Part shown: positions 25,729 to 33,213 of the stretch, piece by piece
How the letters are laid out: every line of letters begins with the position of its first letter
Numbering within the stretch: position 1 is the first letter of the stretch
From: Candidatus Magasanikiibacteriota bacterium
GTDB taxonomy: Bacteria > Patescibacteriota > Patescibacteriia > Magasanikbacterales > UBA922
Reading direction: 5' to 3'
DNA length: 64,000 nucleotides
NCBI GenBank assembly: GCA_043825135.1
Contig: JBDRSF010000066.1
Coordinates: 6,355 to 70,354 of the forward strand
Notes under the pieces: model-generated
Seen by the model: only the letters and a program-made list of their open reading frames with translations
The model's database searches: none
What the model was told of the DNA's origin: nothing
Made by a program: the position numbers and the translations under genes

Positions 25729-26682
25729 GTGATTATTCCTATACTCAAAGATAAAATTTACAATGGCTTGGTTGCATTGTGTCATTTTGAACCATTTGAT
25801 GATGTAGATGGAATAAAAAAACTAACTACAGTACTAATAAAAAAAGCTAATAATAAACAAATTATTTTAGTTCCTTTTGCGCATCTTCATGATAAAGTAG
25901 CTCCAGTAACAGAAGCAAATAATTTATTTAATATTTTAATAAATAAGGTAAAAATAAAATATCCAAATACAGAATTTGCCCCTTTTGGTGTAGAAAAAGA
26001 GTTAAATATTTCAATAGATAAAAAAGATGCGTTGGTTAGCTTTTTAAACTTTAAACCAACATATTTAAACGAAGTTAGGCGGTTATATGATGTGTATGCT
26101 CAAAATTACGACGCGCACATGATGGAAACGGGGCATTATGATGCACAAGAAAAAATATATAATAACATCAAGTCAAATATTCAAGAACCTATTTTGGATT
26201 TGGCATCTGGCCCAGGTTTTCTGCTAAAAAAGATGTCAAAAGATTTTTCAGAAGTTTACGCAAATGACATTTCTGAAGTAATGATTGAATTTGCAAAAAA
26301 TAGAATAAAGAAAGATACAATAAAATTTTCAAAAGATAATGTTATAACCCTCAACTCCTATAAAGATATAAAATTTGGGACAATATTTTCTACCAATTTA
26401 TTTTATTATATAAAAGATAGAGAGAGGAATAAGGCAATCAAATGCTGGAAAAAACTACTTAAAAAAGATGGAAATTTAATTTTTATAGAAGAATATCCTT
26501 TTGTAGATACAGAATCAAAATTTTTTAAGGGTAAAAAAGATGGTATTACAAATATACTCTCACCAATTCCACCTGAAGAGCTTATTGCGTTATTAGAACA
26601 TTATGGTTTTAAATTTAAATTAAAGATTAAAACTCCAATAGACAAACGTCATAATTTGTATGGTTTAGTGTTTTCATTATAA
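25729..26682 (+). CDS. Class I SAM-dependent methyltransferase with about 120-aa N-terminal domain of unknown function
   Basis: Motif I ILDLASGPGFLLKK, downstream VYANDISEVM; N-terminal segment (KQIILVPFAHLHDKVAP...) loosely resembles an aaRS anticodon-binding-like alpha/beta fold. Confidence 0.55.
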   Translation: MIIPILKDKIYNGLVALCHFEPFDDVDGIKKLTTVLIKKANNKQIILVPFAHLHDKVAPVTEANNLFNILINKVKIKYPNTEFAPFGVEKELNISIDKKDALVSFLNFKPTYLNEVRRLYDVYAQNYDAHMMETGHYDAQEKIYNNIKSNIQEPILDLASGPGFLLKKMSKDFSEVYANDISEVMIEFAKNRIKKDTIKFSKDNVITLNSYKDIKFGTIFSTNLFYYIKDRERNKAIKCWKKLLKKDGNLIFIEEYPFVDTESKFFKGKKDGITNILSPIPPEELIALLEHYGFKFKLKIKTPIDKRHNLYGLVFSL

Positions 26683-26745
26683 ATAATTTTAAAATTTTTA
26701 AATCAACCATTAAAAAACTGTAAAAAAATAAAATAAACAAATAAA

Positions 26746-26774
26746 AACAATCCGTTTAATACGGGTTGTTTTTG
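26746..26774 (+). terminator. Terminator-like hairpin caatccgtttaatacgggttg + TTTTT, fused to promoter module 1
   Basis: 8-bp stem (one GU) followed by T-run. Confidence 0.45.
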
Positions 26775-26800
26775 AAATCATAAATTAAATATGGTATAAT
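26772..26800 (+). promoter_or_regulatory. Promoter module 1: TTGAAA-17-TGgTATAAT (extended -10) for Bro-N gene
   Basis: Near-identical module repeated at 27737-27765. Confidence 0.55.
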
Positions 26801-26825
26801 GTGAATAATATCTAAGGTTTAAAAT

Positions 26826-27647
26826 ATGGAAACTACAAAAATCGCTTTATTCAAAGGTAAAAAAATTAGAAAAATACTTTTTCAGAATGAGTGGTGGTTT
26901 TCGGTTACTGATGTTATATATGTTCTTACAGATAGTCCTCATCCTAAAACATATTGGGCAAAAATGAAAGAACGTGATAAAGAGATATCTCAACCGTTCC
27001 CATTTTGGGAACAATTGAAATTGTCAGCAGAAGACGGAAAAATGCGAGAAACAGATTGTGCCGACACAGAGGGAGTTTTTCGTATCATTCAATCAATCCC
27101 ATCGCCAAAAGCCGAGCCGTTTAAGCGCTGGCTGGCAAAAGTTGGCTATGAAAGAGTGCAGGAAATAGAAAATCCGGAACTGGCAACTAAACGTACAAGA
27201 ATACTTTATAAGCTCAAAGGTTATCCGGAAGATTGGATAGAGAAACGAATGCGTGGAATTACTATCAGAGAAGAACTAACGGATGAGTGGCAAAAGCGCG
27301 GCGTTAAGGCACAGAAAGATTATGAGATATTGACTGCAGAAATATCCAAAGCTACTTTTGGCATTACACCAAATGAATACAAAAAAGTGAAAGGTCTCAA
27401 ACGAGAGAACTTGCGCGATCATATGGATGACTTTGAACTTATTTTTACGATGCTTGGTGAACGTTCTACTACAGAAATTCACAAAACCGAAAATTCTAAG
27501 GGGGTTCCAAAATTGGCACAGGATGCCAAACGAGGTGGGAGAATTGCCGGCATTGCCAAAGAGCAGTTGGAAAAAGAAATAGGTAAGCCTGTTATTTCCA
27601 AAAACAATTTTTTACCAAAGAAAAAGTCTCTTAAAAAATTGAAATAA
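26826..27647 (+). CDS. Bro-N domain protein (phage antirepressor-like)
   Basis: N-terminal Bro-N pattern ...EWWFSVTDVIYVL...EGVFRIIQSIPSPKAEPFKRWLAKV...; C-terminal tail ...IAKEQLEKEIGKPVISKNNFLPKKK. Confidence 0.7.
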   Translation: METTKIALFKGKKIRKILFQNEWWFSVTDVIYVLTDSPHPKTYWAKMKERDKEISQPFPFWEQLKLSAEDGKMRETDCADTEGVFRIIQSIPSPKAEPFKRWLAKVGYERVQEIENPELATKRTRILYKLKGYPEDWIEKRMRGITIREELTDEWQKRGVKAQKDYEILTAEISKATFGITPNEYKKVKGLKRENLRDHMDDFELIFTMLGERSTTEIHKTENSKGVPKLAQDAKRGGRIAGIAKEQLEKEIGKPVISKNNFLPKKKSLKKLK

Positions 27648-27736
27648 AATTGTTTATTTTTACTCAACCAAAACTATTTTAAACTCGTCATAGTACGGGA
27701 GTAATACAAAAAAACAAGCCCTCAAAAAGTTTGTTT

Positions 27737-27765
27737 TTGAAAACACAAATTAAATATGGTATAAT
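27737..27765 (+). promoter_or_regulatory. Promoter module 2 (duplicate): TTGAAA-17-TGgTATAAT with no CDS downstream
   Basis: ttgtttttgaaaacacaaattaaatatggtataat versus ttgtttttgaaatcataaattaaatatggtataat. Confidence 0.5.
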
Positions 27766-27806
27766 TTGTAAGAATTACTAGCGCTATTTACACTTTTTGT
27801 AATTTT

Positions 27807-27956
27807 GTGTCATTGCGCCGTGCCCGCCTTTGGAGGGAGGAGACCGAGAGATCCCTCGTCTTCACTCGGGACAAGCTCCGCAATCCCATTCATTAGTGCG
27901 TTAAAGACTGGGATTGCTTCGTCAGCCGATGCGAATCGGCCTCCTCGCAATGACAC
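27807..27956. mobile_element. MITE-like element GTGTCATTGCG...CGCAATGACAC, copy B
   Basis: TIRs plus gcgccgtgcccgcctttggaggg subterminal block shared with copy E. Confidence 0.75.
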
Positions 27957-28039
27957 AAAAACTGTGTTTATATTGATAACGAGTATAAACAACGCTCGTA
28001 ATTCTTACAAATAATTATATAAACTTAAATAAAGAATTA

Positions 28040-28082
28040 CTGATTTAAACAATGATTTAAATCAGTGTTTAAATCATTGTTT
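28040..28082. repeat. Overlapping dyads ctgatttaaa-caatg-atttaaatcag / aaacaatgatttaaa-tcagtg-tttaaatcattgttt followed by TTTTT
   Basis: Direct reading. Confidence 0.6.
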
Positions 28083-28224
28083 TTTATGCGTAGAAAATTA
28101 GAAGATAAAAATATAGGCTTAATGGTAAATTCGGTGGTGCTAATCTCTGTATTTTAACACCCTGAGCATTACTTTAAATTGTCTGTTCTTATGAAGTGAC
28201 GCTTTATTATAATTCATTACACTG

Positions 28225-28495
28225 GCTCCGTTAGGAGCCAACTGTTTGTAGCTTGAATCATTAGAAATATTTGTTAGCTCCGTAGGAGCGACCTGTTTGG
28301 TTGGTTTACGTAAATAACAGGACGCTCCCGTTCGGCCTGAGCTCACGACCGAAGGCTACGGAGCTTTTGTTTTGGTGATTGGTCTTTATCTACAAACAGG
28401 ACGCCCCTCTGGGGCTGGGTGATTTATTTTGTTTTATCTACAAACAGGACGCCCCTCTGGGGCTGGGTGATTTATTTTGTTTTATCTACAAACAG
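28225..28495. repeat. Hairpin/tandem-repeat array: two ggctccgttaggagcc-ctgtttg units then 48-bp tandem repeat x2.3 (tttatctacaaacaggacgcccctctggggctgggtgatttattttgt)
   Basis: Exact 48-bp period 28385/28433/28481; no unique spacers. Confidence 0.8.
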
Positions 28496-28613
28496 TTTGA
28501 CCTCTACTAGGTTTATAAATAAAAACAAATTAAATTATCTTTTTTTAGTTGACATAATAAAAATATGAATAACACACTCTATCGGTCGTGCATCATTCCT
28601 ACTCTTTACTTTT

Positions 28614-29690
28614 TTATTCATCAATTAATTTTCCAATCGCCAAACTTTCCAAAAACTTCTCACTAACAATTTTTATCTGATTCCATTGCCAGCCGTGCTT
28701 TAAAAAAACTTGTTCATTTAAAATGTGGCGTTTATTTTTATTTTCTAGTAAATAAACTTTTGGGTCGTTGATTGATTTGATCAGCGATCCGTTTTTGAGA
28801 TTGATTTCAGCCGTAGTGGGGGAATAACCTGATATAACCTCAACACCGTCTTTGTAGCCATCGCCATCACTATCATAAAGCCAAGTAATAGTGCCATATT
28901 TCAGCTCATCAGCCTTAATTAGGCCGTCTTTATCACCATCAGCTTCACGACTGGTGATTAGCTCTCTTTGGGTGAAAATCGCTAGTTTGTGGCCATTTTT
29001 GGTCTCTAGACTAGGTAAGAAATTGTGGATGGCATTTAGTAGGATGTCAAACTTGTAACGAAAGTTTTTGCCATATCTTGTGCCAGGTTCTTGGGTGATA
29101 AATTCACTTGTTTCATCATCATAACCTGAGATCACCAAAACATGATAATCAGGTCCGCCATTTCTAAAATGAGGATTATATAAATATTTACCATGAACTG
29201 GAATTATTATTGGACGGCTGTTATCAATTTCTGATTTTATTTGTTCCAAAGTTGGATTTTCAACTATTCTAGCTTCCCAAGGCAAAAAATCATTAATTAA
29301 TTTTGTAATTTGTTCAGCATTTTCATCTAAACTTGTGCCAAAGTTTTTGTTTTTTATATTTAAAATTTTTAATATTTCCTCTTTAGTAATGGCTTTAGTT
29401 TCAAGGGTTTTGCCTCTATAAAAATTATCAATCATAACAATGGCTGTTTCTTCACAAGCATCTTGCCAGGGTTGGCCCCAGTAGGCGTAGGGGGCTTGGG
29501 AGGTGAAGGGGACGGAGATGTTTTGGATCTTGGTAGAAGCGGTGGTTGGTGAGGGGATTAGAGAAATAAAAATAACCGTTATTATTACGGTGATAAATGA
29601 TACCCATAGGGCATCCATCTTCGGGGATAGATGATAAGTGATATTTGACAGGCGAGAAGACATTTTTGTGTTATATTGTTTTATTGTCAT
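28614..29690 (-). CDS. Secreted C39-like cysteine peptidase domain protein with DxDGDG calcium-binding motifs and C-terminal Y-L-L-x5-R-H-I repeat domain
   Basis: N-terminal signal anchor; SQAPYAYWGQPWQDACEETA and DYHVLVISGYDD putative Cys/His sites; ADGDKDG, DSDGDGYKDG; C-term KVYLLENKNKRHILNEQVFLKHGWQWNQIKIV. Confidence 0.5.
   Translation of the reverse strand: MTIKQYNTKMSSRLSNITYHLSPKMDALWVSFITVIITVIFISLIPSPTTASTKIQNISVPFTSQAPYAYWGQPWQDACEETAIVMIDNFYRGKTLETKAITKEEILKILNIKNKNFGTSLDENAEQITKLINDFLPWEARIVENPTLEQIKSEIDNSRPIIIPVHGKYLYNPHFRNGGPDYHVLVISGYDDETSEFITQEPGTRYGKNFRYKFDILLNAIHNFLPSLETKNGHKLAIFTQRELITSREADGDKDGLIKADELKYGTITWLYDSDGDGYKDGVEVISGYSPTTAEINLKNGSLIKSINDPKVYLLENKNKRHILNEQVFLKHGWQWNQIKIVSEKFLESLAIGKLIDE
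29592..29645. repeat. Palindromic GATAAATGA/CCCATAGGGCATCCATCT element, copy 3, inside the N-terminal coding region of 28614-29690 (encodes ...YHLSPKMDALWVSFI...)
   Basis: gataaatgatacccatagggcatccatcttcggggatagatgataagtgatat. Confidence 0.75.
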
Positions 29691-29733
29691 GACAGGCGAG
29701 AGGTCATTAAAAAAATATTAACAAAATACTATT

Positions 29734-29916
29734 GTGTCATTGCGAGGAGGTCTTATGAAATAAAGGCTGACGTGGCAATCCCATACATAGTAAGGAAAGA
29801 TTATGATTAATAATTACCATGTCTACATAATGATGAATGGGAAGATTTATCTGAAAAGTTTTAAGCGCTGATGGCTGGGATTGCCGCGTCATGTATTCTC
29901 ATTCCTCGCAATGACA
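29734..29916. mobile_element. MITE-like element GTGTCATTGCGAGGAG...CTCGCAATGACAG, copy C (longest)
   Basis: TIRs; lies between dnaX stop and start of 28614-29690 gene. Confidence 0.7.
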
Positions 29917-29936
29917 GAATTTATTAGAAATTTCTA

Positions 29937-31514
29937 TTAGATTATCTCCCCACCCAAACTTGAAGCCAATTCTTTCAATTCGTTCGATTCTTCAGAAATA
30001 TTATTTTTTTCGGTTACAACAGTATTTATTTTTATTTTACACCCGATTATTTTCGCTAAAATCTCTTCCAATTCTTTTTGACAGACTTTTTCCATTAGTT
30101 TATCACGGTGAAAGCTATAGTCAACACTAAGTTCTAGTGTATTCCCATCTAAATTTTGTATTTCAGCCATTTTTACAATAAAAGACAGAGATGGTTTACT
30201 ATTTTCTACTTTACTAATAAAGGAATTCCAGTTATCTTTGACATCGTCCAAAGTAAAATCAGTATTTCTGCTAACTAAATTTTTGACTTTTTCCGTTATG
30301 GTCTTTTTTTCTACTTTAATTTCAGTTTCAGGAGTCCTTTCTTTTTCTTTAGGTTTTTCTTTCGTTTCGGTACTTTTGTTGTTACTGTTGTTATTATCTT
30401 TTTGATAGCTGACAGCCGATAGCTGATTGCCAGCAGAATATTCAATCACCGCCATTTCTAAAGGTAATTGAGGCAGAGGTGCAGTTTTGATTTGTCTGCC
30501 TCGAGTCATAAATAAGTCTAAGAGGGTGACAATTTCATTGTATTCTAGTTTGTCATTTAGTTTTTTTAATTCTTTTTTTACTTTTTCACTCAAATCTAAT
30601 CCCAAACCACTAATGTTGGCATTGGTTTTGCTTACCATCATGATTCGGAGCATTTCAATTACATCATTATTAAAATAATTAAGATTTGAGCCAGCTTCTA
30701 CTAGTTGATTTAAGATTTCCAAAGCCGAACCAGCTTCTTTATTAATTGTGGCAGTAATAAATTCAAGATTTTTTTCCACATTAACATTTGGCAAAACCAA
30801 AGAAGAATTTTCAGCTGTAATATGTTTTTCTCCAGAAGCCATTATTTGATCCAAAAGGGAAATAGCATCACGGACACAGCCATCACTTTTGTTTACAATT
30901 CTTTCTACTATATCTTTATCTATTTTTATGCCTTCAATTTTGGCAACTTTATTAATTTGTTTACTCATTTCATCAAAACCAACTTTTTTAAAATCAAATC
31001 TCTGACAGCGTGAAACAATAGTTTCCGGAAGCTTGTGTAGTTCAGTGGTGGCTAATATAAAGATGATGTGGCTTGGTGGCTCTTCTATGGTCTTCAGAAG
31101 TGCATTAAAAGCGGAAGTTGACAACATGTGCACCTCGTCAATGATAAAAACTTTAAATTTTGATTTTGTCGGTCTAAATCTAACATTATCAATAATATTT
31201 TCTCGCACATTTTCAACCCCAGTATGAGAAGCGGCATCAATTTCTATCACATCAATGGAGTGAGAACTGATAATTTCACTACAAGATTCACATTGGTCGC
31301 AAGGTTCAGAATCTTTTTCTTTTCTGTTTAGACAGTTTACACCTTTAGCCAAAATGCGAGCGATGGTAGTTTTACCAATACCCCTGGGACCGGAAAATAA
31401 ATAAGCATGGGCGACTTTGTCACCAGCTATTTGATTTGATATTGTTTGGACAATATGATCCTGGCCGATTATGTCAGAAAAAGTTTGAGGACGGTGTTTG
31501 TGATATAAAGCCAT
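29937..31514 (-). CDS. dnaX: DNA polymerase III subunit gamma/tau
   Basis: MALYHKHRPQTF..., GPRGIGKTT Walker A, CDQCESC zinc module; the upstream 32 codons of ORF-track frame (to 31610) are encoded by CCTTACTCC/GGAATAAGG simple repeats and are likely not translated. Confidence 0.9.
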   Translation of the reverse strand: MALYHKHRPQTFSDIIGQDHIVQTISNQIAGDKVAHAYLFSGPRGIGKTTIARILAKGVNCLNRKEKDSEPCDQCESCSEIISSHSIDVIEIDAASHTGVENVRENIIDNVRFRPTKSKFKVFIIDEVHMLSTSAFNALLKTIEEPPSHIIFILATTELHKLPETIVSRCQRFDFKKVGFDEMSKQINKVAKIEGIKIDKDIVERIVNKSDGCVRDAISLLDQIMASGEKHITAENSSLVLPNVNVEKNLEFITATINKEAGSALEILNQLVEAGSNLNYFNNDVIEMLRIMMVSKTNANISGLGLDLSEKVKKELKKLNDKLEYNEIVTLLDLFMTRGRQIKTAPLPQLPLEMAVIEYSAGNQLSAVSYQKDNNNSNNKSTETKEKPKEKERTPETEIKVEKKTITEKVKNLVSRNTDFTLDDVKDNWNSFISKVENSKPSLSFIVKMAEIQNLDGNTLELSVDYSFHRDKLMEKVCQKELEEILAKIIGCKIKINTVVTEKNNISEESNELKELASSLGGEII

Positions 31515-31771
31515 ATTTTGTGAAGGAATAATTATTAAGGAGTAAGGAGTAAGGAATAAAGAATAAGGAATAAGGAATAAAATATTGTGTAAAGTGATGA
31601 TATTATACATTATTAGGAGTAGCTTGACAAATAATATTGAAGTGGTGTAAAAATGGCTGATGTGAGGTTATACACACCCTAGGGCTTACCTCTTGTATTT
31701 AGAGGGGTTTTGTGGTATACTGTCTACGTTAACTAAATTAATTCAAGTTTTATTCTTAATCTTAGAATTTT

Positions 31772-32032
31772 ATGCCAAGAAAAGCAAATCCAGCTTTGCT
31801 AAAGCCATTGCCACTTTCAGCAGAGTTAGAAGCCGTAGTCGGCAAGGGTCCTTTAGCACGTGGTCAAGTAGTAAAGAAACTTTGGGAATACATCAAGAAG
31901 AACAATCTTCAAAACCCAGCCAACAAGAGAAACATCTTTGCAGATGACTTACTACTACCTCTATTTGGTGGTAAAAAGGAAGTAACAATGTTTGAGATGA
32001 CAAAATTGGTTTCTGGACATATCAATCAATAG
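31772..32032 (+). CDS. SWIB/MDM2 domain protein
   Basis: ...AVVGKGPLARGQVVKKLWEYIKKNNLQNPANKRNIFADDLL...FEMTKLVSGHI. Confidence 0.8.
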   Translation: MPRKANPALLKPLPLSAELEAVVGKGPLARGQVVKKLWEYIKKNNLQNPANKRNIFADDLLLPLFGGKKEVTMFEMTKLVSGHINQ

Positions 32033-32056
32033 AACAAATTGGAAGTATATTTTAAA

Positions 32057-32085
32057 ACATCCCGATCAAATCGGGATGTTTTTTA
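32057..32085. terminator. Bidirectional terminator acatcccga-tcaaa-tcgggatgt flanked by A-run and T-run
   Basis: Between convergent SWIB gene and 32114-32782 gene. Confidence 0.6.
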
Positions 32086-32113
32086 CTTATGACTTACGAC
32101 CTATGGCATACGA

Positions 32114-32782
32114 CTATTTATTGATAATATTTTCCACCGCACCCCAGTCACTCTCGCCATCTTGGGGAACCAGTACAACAACTTCGTCACCAGCTTTACC
32201 TTTGAAAAAAGTAACAGATGCAGTTAGGACTTTGTAAGTCCTGCCATCGGCCAAAACAGAGGATTGTCCAGAGGTTGGATCCGAGACTAGCTCGCCAGTA
32301 ACTCGTTTTCGTTCAATTGGTTGAATTTGTTTGTAAATAAATGAACCGCTGTGAGTGATTGTTAATTTCATCATGTCACCCTCAACTAGTTTTGATTTGC
32401 TAGCATAATTTGGTGGAATTGAATATTCTTTGCCATCTGAGCCGACCATTTTTTCACCATTAAATACACCCTCTATGATTTTTTCGCCGGTGCTCAAGTT
32501 TTCAATATCTGGATTTTGTTTGTTGGCAGTTTTTACTATCTCACCATCCATCATCCGCAACATGCTGTCTAGTTGGTCTTTTATTTTGTAAATTGCGTTT
32601 TTTAGTTCAGCAATGTTTAGGTTTTTTTCATTATTTTCTTTTGGTGTATTTGTTGGTGTGTCGTCTGATTTTGTTTCTTCTGTGGTCGTATCGGTATCGT
32701 TCAAAAAAAGTTCGTCAGCTTTTTGATTTAAAATATCGGAGAGAGAGTTCATAGGGTTTTTTGTTTTTGTTTTTATTAACAC
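32114..32782 (-). CDS. Hypothetical protein (acidic low-complexity N-terminus)
   Basis: 222 aa; no motif recognised. Confidence 0.4.
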   Translation of the reverse strand: MLIKTKTKNPMNSLSDILNQKADELFLNDTDTTTEETKSDDTPTNTPKENNEKNLNIAELKNAIYKIKDQLDSMLRMMDGEIVKTANKQNPDIENLSTGEKIIEGVFNGEKMVGSDGKEYSIPPNYASKSKLVEGDMMKLTITHSGSFIYKQIQPIERKRVTGELVSDPTSGQSSVLADGRTYKVLTASVTFFKGKAGDEVVVLVPQDGESDWGAVENIINK

Positions 32783-32839
32783 GGATTTGACAGATTTTTA
32801 CAGATCTGACAAATCACAGATTTTACCAATTTAACAGAT
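32781..32839. repeat. Array of 5-6 (G)ACAGAT boxes at about 9-10 bp phasing
   Basis: acggat 32781, acagat 32790, 32800, 32816, 32834, acaaat 32809. Confidence 0.6.
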
Positions 32840-33012
32840 TAAATATTTAATCATCAATTAATAATTGAATATTATTATTTTACCACATTAAAATAATCAA
32901 GTCATTATTTTGTGTGGAAGAATGGGGGATAGGGTGTTGATAGAAATTTAAAATGATGAATGTGTCAAAATTAATTCTTTGAGACATTAGTGCTTTTACT
33001 TTTTGTAACCAA

Positions 33013-33032
33013 CCTGCCTGCCGGCAGGCAGG
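33013..33032. repeat. Perfect 20-nt palindrome CCTGCCTGCCGGCAGGCAGG (copy 3)
   Basis: Direct reading. Confidence 0.85.
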
Positions 33033-33159
33033 AAAGAACAAAAAGTTTTGGGGGTGCAAAACTCGCCCCATAGCTACTATGTAAGTAATCATTGGCAATA
33101 CGAATGGGGGCTCAAACAGTTGACACCCCCAAACCCCCAGGTTTGTACTTTGACCATAT

Positions 33160-33210
33160 TTATCATTTATCATTTATCCCCGAAGAGGGATGCCCTGTGG
33201 GTATCATTCT
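33160..33210. repeat. Palindromic GATAAATGA/CCCACAGGGCATCCCTCT element, copy 4, ending 4 nt before the ATPase gene stop
   Basis: tatcatttatcatttatccccgaagagggatgccctgtgggtatcattc. Confidence 0.75.
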
Positions 33211-33213
33211 GCA

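Noticed and set aside
27805-28014. ORFs 27805-28014 (+) and 27810-27992 (-) from the ORF track
   Set aside because: Both lie entirely within MITE copy B and its palindromic arms; mirror-image ORFs on both strands are the expected artefact of a GC-rich inverted repeat.
28385-28495. 48-bp tandem repeats considered as a CRISPR array
   Set aside because: Repeat units are directly contiguous with no unique spacers; no cas genes nearby.
24984-28600. Calling the tRNA-Gln-adjacent segment an intact prophage or integrative element
   Set aside because: No integrase, excisionase, replication or structural genes and no attR-like repeat of the tRNA 3' end found in the window; reported only as an accessory segment.
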